This document shows, in pieces, positions 19,345 through 29,454 of a DNA stretch of 64,000 nt. The DNA comes from an uncultured Candidatus Saccharibacteria bacterium (GTDB taxonomy: Bacteria > Patescibacteriota > Minisyncoccia > Phycocordibacterales > UBA9973): positions 167,028 to 231,027 of the forward strand of contig CAZWJU010000001.1 in assembly GCA_964634365.1 (NCBI GenBank), given 5' to 3'. A program made the translations under genes and the position numbers. How positions within the stretch are numbered: the stretch's first letter is position 1; every line of letters begins with the position of its first letter. Under the pieces are notes generated by a model that saw only the letters and a list, made by a program, of their open reading frames with translations, did no database searches and had not been told where the DNA came from.

Positions 19345-21231
19345 TTATTGAACAGTTACAGATTTGGCGAGATTTCTTGGTTTGTCTATATTGTTTCCTA
19401 ACTGCTTAGCAAAATAGTAAGCAAACAACTGTAATGGAATAACTTCGACAAGTGGATACATCAGAGCGTTGGACAGCTTTGGTATGACTATAACCTCGTC
19501 AGCATGTCTCATAACAGGAGCTTTTGCGCCCTCTTCGTCTGTAATCACTAGTATTCTTCCACCTTTTGATTTTATTTGCTCTATGGATATAGAGCCGATA
19601 GAAAACAAATCATCTTTCGGCAAGATCACGACAGATAGCGAAGATTCGTCTATGACAGCCATCGGTCCATGCTTGAGTTCACCCAGAGGGTAACTTCCCG
19701 CTTCCATATATGTAAGTTCTTTAAATTTAAGCGCGCCTTCGTATGCAATAGGCATATGTATTCCTCTACCTAAAAATTGAATTTTTTCTATATCTCGAAA
19801 AACTTCTGCTACTCTTTCTATTTCTTTATGATTTTCCAAAACCCTCTTCATCAATTCAGGAATAGCCTCGAGCTCTTTTACAAATGCTATACCCGCACTT
19901 TCACTCATACCATGAACTCTAGCTAGTGACAGACTAAACAAATAAAGTGTTATTGCTTGTGCTGTAAAAGCTTTTGTAGACGCGACACCAATCTCTGTCC
20001 CTGCGCGTGTATATATACCGGCATCACTCTCATGCGCTATTGCACTACCAACAACATTTACTATTCCTAGTGTAGTAAAACCTTTGCGCTTCATCTCCTT
20101 CAAAGATTCTAGAGTATCTGCAGTTTCTCCTGATTGACTGATACTTAAAAATACTGAGTTATCGGGGCTAAAGTTTTGTTTTCTATATCTAAATTCAGAA
20201 GCAATTTGCGCAGATACGTTTATAGGTGTCATACTCTCAATCAGCTCTTTGCCGAGCATACCTGCATTGTAAGCAGTTCCACAACCTACAATGTAAAGAT
20301 TTTCTATAGTTCTAAGTTTTTCTTTGTAATCAATAAGTCCACCTAAAACAGCCAAACCTCCATCTATGTTTGTTCTACCTAGTATTGTAGAGCGAGTTGT
20401 AGCTGGTTGCTCAAAGATCTCTTTTTGCATAAAAGTATCGAAATCCCCTTTCGATAAATCTTCGAGCAAAATACCTTCTATTATCTGTTCAGCTTTGTAG
20501 ACACGAGATCTTGCTGGTTGTTTGTATTTAAATATGTTGTGAGACATGTTCTCTGCATCAAGCTTAGCCATCTCGCCATCTTCTAAAACCAAATACCGAT
20601 CAGTGTACCTCAATATTGCATTTGTACTAGACGCAACAACAAACATCTCATTTTGTATTCCGATACTAATAGGACTACCATTTTTTACAACATAAAGATT
20701 TTTAGGATAATCTTTATGTATTATAGCTAGACCAAAACTCCCTTCTAAGAGAGACGCTGTCTCGACAATCGCGTCTTCTAAGCTTAAACCATTTTTGATT
20801 TTTTCTTCTATCAAATGTGGTACTACTTCTGTGTCAGTGTCGGACTTAAAATCATGTCCCAAGCTTTTCAAATTTTCTTTTAAAGACTCATAGTTCAATA
20901 TTGTTCCATTGTGAACAACCGCTATAGACTCTTCGCAATCAAGATGTGGATGAGCGTTTGATATTGAAGGCTTGCCGTGTGTTGCCCATCTGTTGTGACC
21001 TATTCCTACTGTAGTAAAAACTTTCTCTTCACCTATATTCTTCTTAAAACTACCGATGTCCATGTATTGACTTGGAGCACCCAAACATTTTCCTGTCTTT
21101 ATATTTTTCTTGTGAACAATCGCAATACCCGCACTATCATATCCGCGATATTCTAAATCTATTAGTGATTGAACCAAATTTTCTGATAACTCACTCTCTT
21201 CTTTTTTTAGTATTCCGATTATTCCACACAT
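19345..21231 (-). CDS. glmS: Glutamine--fructose-6-phosphate aminotransferase
   Basis: MCGI, EYRGYDSAG, HNRWATHG, SQSGETADT, PRNLAKSVTV. Confidence 0.97.
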   Translation of the reverse strand: MCGIIGILKKEESELSENLVQSLIDLEYRGYDSAGIAIVHKKNIKTGKCLGAPSQYMDIGSFKKNIGEEKVFTTVGIGHNRWATHGKPSISNAHPHLDCEESIAVVHNGTILNYESLKENLKSLGHDFKSDTDTEVVPHLIEEKIKNGLSLEDAIVETASLLEGSFGLAIIHKDYPKNLYVVKNGSPISIGIQNEMFVVASSTNAILRYTDRYLVLEDGEMAKLDAENMSHNIFKYKQPARSRVYKAEQIIEGILLEDLSKGDFDTFMQKEIFEQPATTRSTILGRTNIDGGLAVLGGLIDYKEKLRTIENLYIVGCGTAYNAGMLGKELIESMTPINVSAQIASEFRYRKQNFSPDNSVFLSISQSGETADTLESLKEMKRKGFTTLGIVNVVGSAIAHESDAGIYTRAGTEIGVASTKAFTAQAITLYLFSLSLARVHGMSESAGIAFVKELEAIPELMKRVLENHKEIERVAEVFRDIEKIQFLGRGIHMPIAYEGALKFKELTYMEAGSYPLGELKHGPMAVIDESSLSVVILPKDDLFSIGSISIEQIKSKGGRILVITDEEGAKAPVMRHADEVIVIPKLSNALMYPLVEVIPLQLFAYYFAKQLGNNIDKPRNLAKSVTVQ

Positions 21232-21244
21232 ATATTTATTTTAT

Positions 21245-21640
21245 TTAATAATTACAAGTTGATGACTTTGTAAAACCGGCACTTTCTGCCTCGGACGTAG
21301 AATTGAACCAAATCTTATTTTCTTCTTTGATTCTAGAAGCTCCGCTACATGAAGGCAGATAATATTTTGTACCACTTCTAGAGGCAACATATACACCATA
21401 AGAACTCTCAGATTCCTGGTATCCCCCACCCTGTTTTGAACCACTATAATCCTCGTATGTGGATACCTGACCTATAATAGATACTGTATCATTTTGCGCG
21501 GGCTTTTGGACGGACAATCTTCCCAGACCAAAAGAAGCGAGACATGTCAATACCAAAATCACAGAAAAGACTATTTCCAGGCCTATTTTCAAGCCCTCTA
21601 TATTACCCTTGATTTTTTTTGTATAATCACGTATACTCAT
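21245..21640 (-). CDS. Membrane-anchored protein with Ada-like metal-binding C-terminus
   Basis: TM then YVASRSGTKYYLPSC...EAESAGF...C. Confidence 0.7.
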   Translation of the reverse strand: MSIRDYTKKIKGNIEGLKIGLEIVFSVILVLTCLASFGLGRLSVQKPAQNDTVSIIGQVSTYEDYSGSKQGGGYQESESSYGVYVASRSGTKYYLPSCSGASRIKEENKIWFNSTSEAESAGFTKSSTCNY

Positions 21641-21681
21641 TAATACTTATATTATAATAGTTTTAGTAATCAAGCGAACAT

Positions 21682-21954
21682 ATGGCACATCGAAAAGCGG
21701 GCGGATCAGCTAAAAACCTAAAAGACTCAAATCCTAAGTACCTTGGCACGAAGAAATACGACGGCCAGGCTGTTAATGCTGGAAACATAATAGTGAGACA
21801 AAGAGGGTCTAAAATACTCTCTGGGACAGGTACAAAAATGGGTAAAGATCATACAATTTTTGCTCTAGTACCAGGAAAGGTAAAATTTGGCTCAAAAAGA
21901 AAAGTTGGTTACGATGGACAAAAATCTACTAAGAAAATCGTAACAGTAATCTAA
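21682..21954 (+). CDS. rpmA: 50S ribosomal protein L27
   Basis: [24 protein letters not shown]. Confidence 0.97.
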   Translation: MAHRKAGGSAKNLKDSNPKYLGTKKYDGQAVNAGNIIVRQRGSKILSGTGTKMGKDHTIFALVPGKVKFGSKRKVGYDGQKSTKKIVTVI

Positions 21955-21974
21955 ATATAAAAAACAAAACCTCA

Positions 21975-22424
21975 TTAAGAGGTTTTGTTTTTTATTGTGA
22001 GTTTAAAATCTCCCTTCTTCCCTTCTATCTCAACTTGTATTACATAGTCTCCAGTAGTTTTAAGTGGCTTATCTAATTTAATATATTTAGGATCTATATT
22101 TATTCTGAATTCTTTATTTAAAGCTTCAGATATTAGATTTGGACTTATACCTTTAAACAGGTGACCTGCTTCGTTTGCTTTTTCTTCGATTACTAGATTC
22201 TTTGAATTCAAATCCGCTAAAACTTTCTTCAGCAGACTATCCTCTATATCTTTATCGATTCTAGCCAGTTCTGCTATATGATTTAGATGCGCAACTGCTT
22301 TGTCTGTGGCAATTTCAGCAAATCTTTTTGGTATCAAGAAATTTCTGGCATAACCTTCATTTACATCAACAACAGCATTTCTTCTGCCTATTTTTGGTAT
22401 ATCTTTCAATAAAATTACTTTCAT
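21975..22424 (-). CDS. rplI: 50S ribosomal protein L9
   Basis: MKVILLKD, GYARNFLIP. Confidence 0.96.
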   Translation of the reverse strand: MKVILLKDIPKIGRRNAVVDVNEGYARNFLIPKRFAEIATDKAVAHLNHIAELARIDKDIEDSLLKKVLADLNSKNLVIEEKANEAGHLFKGISPNLISEALNKEFRINIDPKYIKLDKPLKTTGDYVIQVEIEGKKGDFKLTIKNKTS

Positions 22425-22427
22425 ATA

Positions 22428-23642
22428 TTATTTTAGATACTCAATTGCTTTTTGCATCTGTGTATCATTTTTATTTTCTAAGTCTTCTTTTGTTATGGAT
22501 ATATTTATATCTGGATCTAAACCATTACCGCTAAGTGAAACTCTATTAGGAGTTAGCCACTTTGCAATAGTCAGTTTTAGAGATGTAGTATCTGTTACAG
22601 GGATTAATTGTTGAACAGAGCCTTTACCGTAAGTTTTAGCCCCTATAAGAGTTGCCTTTTTGTATTCTTGAAGAGCTCCGGCAAATATCTCTGAAGCAGA
22701 AGCAGACCCCTCGTCTACAAGTACAACCATACTTAGGTCATCTTTCCCAATGCTGTATCCATGACTTCTATATACCACATCTTCAACATCTCCACCATAC
22801 GACTCTATTGCGACAACTTCACCCTTTGGTATAAACCAACTAGAAATATCAACTGCTCCATCCAAATACCCTCCTGGATTACCACGCACATCGACTATAA
22901 GTTTATTTGTATTTGATTTACTAAATTCATACATAGCCTGATTGAACAACTTTGTAGCATTGGATGAGAAGTTATACAGAGAAATTACAAATATTCCGTC
23001 TTCATTTAACTTATATGAAAGTGTAGGTATTTCTATAATCTGACGAGTTACAGAAACTTCTCTAGACTCCTCAGAATCCAAAGATAGCACTGTGAGTTTT
23101 ACTTCTGTACCAACTTCTCCGCGAATCAATTCTATTGCCTCATCTAGTGTCATATCGGCAGTAGAAACTGAATCTATTTTCAATATAAGATCACCTGATC
23201 TAAGACCCGCTTTATCTGCAGGAGTATTTTCTAGTGGTGCTATAACAACCAAAATTCCATCTTTCTGACCAATCTCGATACCTATACCACTGAATTCTCC
23301 ATTTATACTTTCTTCAAAAGACTTAGTTTCTCTGGGATCAAAGAAGTTTGAATGCGGATCACCTAAAGATTCAACTAGACCCTTTGTTGCACCCCAAACC
23401 TTATCTTGATTGCTTATATTTTTAGCATCTGGATATTTATCTTCAATCTGATTCCATACTTCCCAAAATGGAGAAAAGTCTGTTTCTTCTAGTAAGACTT
23501 CTGGCTCTTTGTTTGTTACTGCGACAACTTTATCTACCGCAGGACGATTACTATACCCAAAAGATACACCGGCAAAAAATACTAACACTAGTAAAACCAG
23601 ACTTACGATTACATATTTAAAATTTGATTTTATATTTTCCAT
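22428..23642 (-). CDS. S41 carboxyl-terminal processing protease (PDZ)
   Basis: FSGIGIEI, DVRGNPGG, SASASEI, TYGKGSVQ. Confidence 0.93.
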   Translation of the reverse strand: MENIKSNFKYVIVSLVLLVLVFFAGVSFGYSNRPAVDKVVAVTNKEPEVLLEETDFSPFWEVWNQIEDKYPDAKNISNQDKVWGATKGLVESLGDPHSNFFDPRETKSFEESINGEFSGIGIEIGQKDGILVVIAPLENTPADKAGLRSGDLILKIDSVSTADMTLDEAIELIRGEVGTEVKLTVLSLDSEESREVSVTRQIIEIPTLSYKLNEDGIFVISLYNFSSNATKLFNQAMYEFSKSNTNKLIVDVRGNPGGYLDGAVDISSWFIPKGEVVAIESYGGDVEDVVYRSHGYSIGKDDLSMVVLVDEGSASASEIFAGALQEYKKATLIGAKTYGKGSVQQLIPVTDTTSLKLTIAKWLTPNRVSLSGNGLDPDINISITKEDLENKNDTQMQKAIEYLK

Positions 23643-23646
23643 AATT

Positions 23647-24816
23647 TTATTCTTCTTTTAATGCTGCTTTAGTATAAGTGTTTGCTGGGTCCCATAGAAG
23701 CCATGAGTCTATACCTAACTCTTCTGTAGCATCTATCTGCTCTCTAACCATACCTGGAGTATACGTAGCACCTAGATTAAAATCTTGTAGCCAAGGCCTG
23801 AGTTTATTTATATCTTCTCCGATTACTGCAGTTCTATCTACCGCACCTTTCATGGAAATCTTTATAACCTCATATGGATTCGCTGCTGGGTTTGCAAAAC
23901 CATTCCATGTAGCAGGATAGTGAGACGGGTAAACCATAGGAGATACATAATCAAAATTTCTTACAGCATCTTCAAATATTTGCCCTATGTTTAGATCATC
24001 GGTATTGGTTGTAGTCATACCAAATATATCTGCTGATATTGGTATATTTTTTTCTTCAAAAGAGCTGTTCAAGTATTCAAAAAAAGACCTCATCACATCC
24101 GCTTTAACCTGTGTTCCACTTATTGGATAATAAATATCTTTCATGTTTCCGTCTGATGGAAATCGAATATAATCAAAATTCAACTCATCAAAACCTCTAT
24201 TGTAAGCTTCGTTACCTACAGCAACTGTATAATCCCAAACCTTTTTTGAACCAGCATCAATCCAGTGCATACCTTTTCTATCTCCCCAAGCAACGTTTTT
24301 ATCACTAGATTTTTTAACTGCCTCAGATGGCCATTCTTTAACTATATAAGGATCTTGGAAAACAGCGATTCGAGCTATGACGTATATACCTTTGGAGTGC
24401 AGTAATTCTATTAGAGCATCTACGTCTCTTATTCTATTCTCTGAAGCACCTATTTCTGTCAGATATGGATCGTTTGTCGCAAAAGATATTCTACCAGTTG
24501 AATCTTTTACATCTATAACTACAGTGTTTATCTCTGTTGTATCAATAATCTCAATCACACTATCTCTAAAATCAGTAGTGCCTGCTACCCAACTAGATAT
24601 ATACAAACCCTTAACTTTTTCTGGTGTTTCTATATGAGCAGCCTTTTTTTCTTCCGCTGGAACTTCTACCACATCTTCTTCTGATGCCTGTTTTTGTTCT
24701 GTAAAATTTACCGAGTTGTATCTGTTCGCAAAAACATACGGAACAGCAAAATATAACCCTACGGCTACAAAAATAAAAATTATTGCTGTTCCAGTCTTGT
24801 GAACAATCTTTCTCAT
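23647..24816 (-). CDS. Putative glycoside hydrolase (DUF4015-like)
   Basis: VVIDVKD, ARIAVFQD, FDYIRFP, SPMVYPSHY, RPWLQDF. Confidence 0.8.
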   Translation of the reverse strand: MRKIVHKTGTAIIFIFVAVGLYFAVPYVFANRYNSVNFTEQKQASEEDVVEVPAEEKKAAHIETPEKVKGLYISSWVAGTTDFRDSVIEIIDTTEINTVVIDVKDSTGRISFATNDPYLTEIGASENRIRDVDALIELLHSKGIYVIARIAVFQDPYIVKEWPSEAVKKSSDKNVAWGDRKGMHWIDAGSKKVWDYTVAVGNEAYNRGFDELNFDYIRFPSDGNMKDIYYPISGTQVKADVMRSFFEYLNSSFEEKNIPISADIFGMTTTNTDDLNIGQIFEDAVRNFDYVSPMVYPSHYPATWNGFANPAANPYEVIKISMKGAVDRTAVIGEDINKLRPWLQDFNLGATYTPGMVREQIDATEELGIDSWLLWDPANTYTKAALKEE

Positions 24817-25028
24817 ATACTATCGATTGTAGATATATTATCTTCTTTGTTTTTTATTGCTGGTTGTGAGCGTATAGATTTCTTGTAAAAAACATATGCT
24901 ATAAAACACACTCCGAGACCAGATAGGACAAATAAAATTCTACGCACAGAAACCGGAAATCCCAAAAATGATAATAAAGCTATCCAAATACCTAGGAAAA
25001 ATAAAATTCTTTCGTATGACATAATCAT
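24813..25028 (-). CDS. Small two-TM hypothetical protein
   Basis: Hydrophobic ORF (LGIW...FLGFP) overlapping the start of the next gene. Confidence 0.65.
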   Translation of the reverse strand: MIMSYERILFFLGIWIALLSFLGFPVSVRRILFVLSGLGVCFIAYVFYKKSIRSQPAIKNKEDNISTIDSI

Positions 25029-25066
25029 AATTATATATTATTTTAAAATAATAAAGAAACTCTCTG

Positions 25067-25750
25067 TTACTTGCCACTGACGACAACCACAAACTCCCCG
25101 CGAACCTTATCTTTATTGGCTGAAAAATAATCCTGTATATACTGAGCACTACCCCTAACCACCTCCTCAAAATGCTTGGTAAGTTCACGACTGACCGCGA
25201 CTACTCGATTTTCATCTAAATGTTTTACAAGCTCTGTGATTGTCTTTTCTATTCTATGTGGAGATTCGTAAAACATAACAGTTCTTTTCGATTCAGATAT
25301 TTCTTTGAATAAAGTTTCTCTGCCTTTTTTGTGGGGCAAAAAACCTAAAAAAGTAAACTCGTTACCACTTATACCAGATATGGAATAAGCGCTGGTAAGC
25401 GCACTAGCGCCCGGAATTGCAACTATCTTCACCTCGTCTGGCAATTCTTTGTGAACTCTATCAACGAGCAACACCCCTGGATCAGATATAGCTGGAGTAC
25501 CTGCATCACTAACAAGCGCCACATCTTTACCTTCTTTTAGAAGCTCGATTATATGTTCTTCTTTGCCTTTTGTACTGTGACTATGGTAGCTAGTAGTCGG
25601 GGTGGATATGCCGTAGTGATCCAGTAAAACTTTTGTAGTCCGAGTATCTTCACAAGCAATAACTGAGACTTCTTTGAGTACACGAACAGCCCGGAAAGTT
25701 ATGTCTTCCAGATTGCCTATAGGAGTTGCGACGACGAAAAGTGTAGACAT
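25067..25750 (-). CDS. rsmI: 16S rRNA C1402 2'-O-methyltransferase
   Basis: ATPIGNLEDIT, EDTR, SDAGTPAISDPG, YESPHR, RELTK. Confidence 0.95.
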   Translation of the reverse strand: MSTLFVVATPIGNLEDITFRAVRVLKEVSVIACEDTRTTKVLLDHYGISTPTTSYHSHSTKGKEEHIIELLKEGKDVALVSDAGTPAISDPGVLLVDRVHKELPDEVKIVAIPGASALTSAYSISGISGNEFTFLGFLPHKKGRETLFKEISESKRTVMFYESPHRIEKTITELVKHLDENRVVAVSRELTKHFEEVVRGSAQYIQDYFSANKDKVRGEFVVVVSGK

Positions 25751-26161
25751 CTAAGAAAATATTTTAACTATCCAGTAGTAAATAAAAGTTGTAATAGCAA
25801 ATAAAACTCCTCCCCAAATAGTATCTACTAGAAGTATAGACTTTGGCCAATTCAGCAAAATTGCATAGTTTGTAAATTCATAAACAGCATAGACCAAAAC
25901 ACCAAACATAAAAGCAGATAGCAGTGCAGGACTCAGTCCCTTACTAGAAATAATAGGTGCAATAAAATATGCAAAAGACAAAGCTAGCGCTATGTATACA
26001 ACTAGCGCAGCGCCCATGTGTGTAGACAAAACCCCGTCTTTCATACGAGCAATCGGAGAAAGTGCGTTAGTATAAAAACCTTTCATCAAAACCCCTATCC
26101 AAAGATAATCCAAGCCGATCATTATGATAAATGAACCTAAAAATGAATATATGTATTGCAT
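25751..26161 (-). CDS. DUF2177-like membrane protein
   Basis: LDYLWI, YAVYEFTN, DTIWG. Confidence 0.8.
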   Translation of the reverse strand: MQYIYSFLGSFIIMIGLDYLWIGVLMKGFYTNALSPIARMKDGVLSTHMGAALVVYIALALSFAYFIAPIISSKGLSPALLSAFMFGVLVYAVYEFTNYAILLNWPKSILLVDTIWGGVLFAITTFIYYWIVKIFS

Positions 26162-26245
26162 GGATTTATTTTAACAAAAAACAACCCAAATTATAAGTAT
26201 TTTTAGATACTTGACAAATGCATATAAATATGCTATACTTCTTCT

Positions 26246-26381
26246 AGATGTTTAACACACCGGTTCATATCTATCTTTGTCGTTGGGACTTTGAGCTGTA
26301 GCTCACCCCAACTTCATGGAGAGGCCTAAGAAACCTCTCGTCAACTCACGGCTGCCCGATCAAAAGGGCGGCTTTGTTTTT
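26246..26381 (+). ncRNA. Candidate small RNA A (may encode a 17-aa leaderless peptide)
   Basis: TTGACA-17-TATACT (26211-26239), internal hairpins, terminator GGCTGCCC/GGGCGGCT plus T-rich tail. Confidence 0.55.
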
Positions 26382-26432
26382 ATTTAAAATTAGTATACTT
26401 GACAAATAAATACTAATATGCTATGATATAGG

Positions 26433-26553
26433 CATACTCGTACAAATGAACGCGAACATAAAATGCCGTGGACCCACAGTCTCGGCAAAAAACCTAGAGG
26501 GATAAAACCCTCAATCGACTCACAGCTATCCCGTAAGATGGCTGTGTTTTTTT
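26433..26553 (+). ncRNA. Candidate small RNA B (may encode a 19-aa peptide)
   Basis: TTGACA-17-TATGAT (26399-26427), hairpins, terminator CACAGCTATC/GATGGCTGTG-T7. Confidence 0.55.
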
Positions 26554-27445
26554 ATTTAGCCAAAACTTTTTCAGTTTTTTTAGACAGACAGTCTTCCGAG
26601 CAAAACCCTTCCCCATTTTCTGTTAGACAATTTTCACAACATATAAAATGTTTGTGACAAAGTAGGTTCCCGCAGTTCACATAATTTTCTGAAGTGCTGC
26701 CACAGTTGTCACACTTTCCTATTGCCTCATGACTGTCGCCATCGAAGTGCATTACTTTTCTTTTATCAAAAACATAGAGGCTTCCTTTGAAATTTTCTCC
26801 TGGATATTTTTCCATATAACTTACTATTCCTCCATCGAGCTGATACACATCTTCAAATCCAACTTTCTTCAAAAATCCTGATGCCTTTTCGCATCGCACT
26901 CCACCAGTACATACTGTTAGTACAGTTTTGTCTTTTAGATCTTTGAGCTCATCTACCTTTTCTCGTAAGTCACGAAAATTTTCAAGCCCTGGGAAAATAG
27001 TTCCTTCGAACTTTCCACTTTTAAGCTCGTAGTCATTTCTCATATCAACAATATAAAAATCTTTGTTTTCTTCATACCATTTTTTCAAATCTTCTGGCTT
27101 CAATCTTTTACCAGTGAGCTTGTTTGGGTTTATGTCACCCTCTTTACCTAAATGCAGAGAGACTATCTCGTCGCGCACTTTCACAGACAGTCTAGGAAAA
27201 GCATCGCCAGTCCCCTCACTTCTCTTCCAGTGAATATCGGAAAAACCCCGGCGCTTACTCATCCAAGTTACGTATTTTTCTATATTTTCACTCTCACCTT
27301 CAAGCGTAGCGTTGATACCCTCTTCTGCTACTATAGTGCGTCCAGTAAGCCCTAAAACCTCGCATATACCCCTCTGCATACCCATTTCAACCTTAGGGTC
27401 CTTGATTTTAGTGTATTTGTAAAAAAGTAAAACTGTATATTTCAT
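26552..27445 (-). CDS. trhO: Rhodanese-domain tRNA U34 hydroxylase (TrhO/YceA family)
   Basis: LLFYKY, EGINAT, DMRNDYE, CTGGVRCEKAS, GSLYVFD. Confidence 0.85.
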   Translation of the reverse strand: MKYTVLLFYKYTKIKDPKVEMGMQRGICEVLGLTGRTIVAEEGINATLEGESENIEKYVTWMSKRRGFSDIHWKRSEGTGDAFPRLSVKVRDEIVSLHLGKEGDINPNKLTGKRLKPEDLKKWYEENKDFYIVDMRNDYELKSGKFEGTIFPGLENFRDLREKVDELKDLKDKTVLTVCTGGVRCEKASGFLKKVGFEDVYQLDGGIVSYMEKYPGENFKGSLYVFDKRKVMHFDGDSHEAIGKCDNCGSTSENYVNCGNLLCHKHFICCENCLTENGEGFCSEDCLSKKTEKVLAK

Positions 27446-27504
27446 ATGATTAATATATACATTTTAGACAAAAAAATAAACCCCTCTAGTGAGGGGTTTA
27501 TGAT

Positions 27505-28503
27505 TTAATGAAATCCGTTTTTCATAAGCTCAGTCACAGAAATTCCATTGTGGATGTTTCCAATAACCCTTGCAAGAAGCTCGGAGCCTGAGACAATCTC
27601 CAGATTTTCAAATTTTTTGCCTGCTCCGATAATGCATGAATCTGTTGCCCAAACCTTCTTGAATGAACGAGATGATATATTTTCAAGTGCAGGCGGTGAA
27701 AATATTCCGTGGGTACACATAACATATACATCACGAGCTCCACGATCTTTGAGTGCGTCAAAAACTTTTGTTACAGTCCCAGCAGTATCAACCATATCAT
27801 CAACAATAACGCAATCCATACCGTTAACTTCACCCATGACATTTATCTTCGCAACCGCATTGTCCTTGCCTCGCTCTTTATGGGCAATTGCAACTTGAGA
27901 AGGCACACCTAGACGCTCAGCAAACCTTACTACATCTTTGGCTGCTCCTGCATCAGGAGACACGAAGCAAACATTTTCGACATCGATATTTTCTTTGATT
28001 ATTTCTGCCAACAATTCGGCAGTGTCGATGTTTTTCATATACTTACCCTCGGCAATTTTCGGTATACCCGCAATCGAAGGATTGTGAATCTTGAGTGTTG
28101 TAATATGATCAGCCCCAGACGCAATAATTAAATGGATCATCCACGCAGCCAATATTGGCTCGCGAAATTTACTCTCACGATCCTGTCTTGCATATGGAAA
28201 ATATGGGAGAACAAGGTTTACCCGGTGCGGCTCTCCACTTTTTAGAGCATAGAGGAGTGCTAGCATTTCTATGAGATCATCATTTAATTTTCCTTTACTG
28301 GCATCGATATGCGCAATAAGAAAAACATCGCAGTCACGGACTGTCTCTTCCTGATGAGTTAGAATTTCACCATCAGGATGCTCCACGAACATACTCTTAG
28401 ATACTCTGTCGAGATCTAAGTGACCGACAATACTCTCTGCCAAATCTTTGTTTCTACACAAAGAAAAAATCTTGATCGGATAAGGATTCAAATTTTTTAT
28501 CAT
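27505..28503 (-). CDS. prs: Ribose-phosphate pyrophosphokinase (divergent)
   Basis: HPDGE, PYFPYARQDR, VSPDAGA, VDDMVDTAGT, THGIFS. Confidence 0.88.
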   Translation of the reverse strand: MIKNLNPYPIKIFSLCRNKDLAESIVGHLDLDRVSKSMFVEHPDGEILTHQEETVRDCDVFLIAHIDASKGKLNDDLIEMLALLYALKSGEPHRVNLVLPYFPYARQDRESKFREPILAAWMIHLIIASGADHITTLKIHNPSIAGIPKIAEGKYMKNIDTAELLAEIIKENIDVENVCFVSPDAGAAKDVVRFAERLGVPSQVAIAHKERGKDNAVAKINVMGEVNGMDCVIVDDMVDTAGTVTKVFDALKDRGARDVYVMCTHGIFSPPALENISSRSFKKVWATDSCIIGAGKKFENLEIVSGSELLARVIGNIHNGISVTELMKNGFH

Positions 28504-28601
28504 CTTTATTTGGTTTTTTGTGAAAAGAACAATCAAAATATAGCATACTTTACATAATTAGTAAAGTATGTTGAAAATAGTACTGGAAAAAATACAGCTC
28601 T

Positions 28602-29417
28602 CTATGATCGTCTATGAAATCTCCCAAAAAGTTTCTTGCCTGGATAGAGCGGTATGAGCGGACTTGTTACTTTTTTGTATTCTTCGAACTCTACGTTGCC
28701 TACATACCTCGCCTCTGTCATAGGGATCCCGGAAACTTTTGTTATGAGGTATGTGATAGTTAGTGGACCGATAATTCCCCACCATGGAATCCCCGCAGAA
28801 AGAGAGATCAGCCACACACCCCACCACATAGTTACTTCGCCAAAATAGTTTGGATGCCGAGTTAGAGACCATAGACCACTTTTCATAATATTGCCTTTGT
28901 TTGCAGGATCTTTTAGAAAAGATGCAAGCTGTTTGTCTCCGACTGATTCGTATAGAAATCCGATTATCCAAACCCCCAATCCGACGACATCTAAAACTGT
29001 AGGAAAAAAACTGTCAGTATATTTGGATACAAGCATCACAGGAATTGAAATCAAGAGTAATAGAAAACCTTGTAACAAGAAAACTTGTAGGTAACTTCGT
29101 ATATAAAACCACCTTCCCCAATCCCCTCTCCATTTTGCATAACGAGGATCTTCGGCTTTATTCTTGTTGCGTTTGTATATATGACTCGCAAGTCTCATAC
29201 CCCATATAAAAACAAGTACTGAAATCAAAAGACTTCTCGGGTCTAGCTCGCCACCTATTATGTAGCTATATTTCAAAGAAACCAATGCGACAATAATAAA
29301 ACCAATTCCCCATCCAATATCTGCGATGTCGTTCCGCTTGTTTATGAGAGCAGCAACATACAATAAAGACATGTAAACAAATATTAACAGCGAACAAATT
29401 ATGAAAATATTTTGCAT
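28602..29417 (-). CDS. DUF1295 / steroid 5-alpha-reductase-like membrane protein
   Basis: ADIGWG, WGMRL, EDPRY, GDKQL, GLWSLTRHPNYFGE. Confidence 0.88.
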   Translation of the reverse strand: MQNIFIICSLLIFVYMSLLYVAALINKRNDIADIGWGIGFIIVALVSLKYSYIIGGELDPRSLLISVLVFIWGMRLASHIYKRNKNKAEDPRYAKWRGDWGRWFYIRSYLQVFLLQGFLLLLISIPVMLVSKYTDSFFPTVLDVVGLGVWIIGFLYESVGDKQLASFLKDPANKGNIMKSGLWSLTRHPNYFGEVTMWWGVWLISLSAGIPWWGIIGPLTITYLITKVSGIPMTEARYVGNVEFEEYKKVTSPLIPLYPGKKLFGRFHRRS

Positions 29418-29454
29418 AAAATAATTTTAACAAAAATAGCCCCGGAGGGCTATT

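Noticed and set aside
21232-21244. glmS ribozyme upstream of glmS
   Set aside because: Only 13 nt separate glmS from the upstream gene
26463-26657. 64-aa + strand ORF
   Set aside because: Runs through a strong terminator into the antisense of trhO
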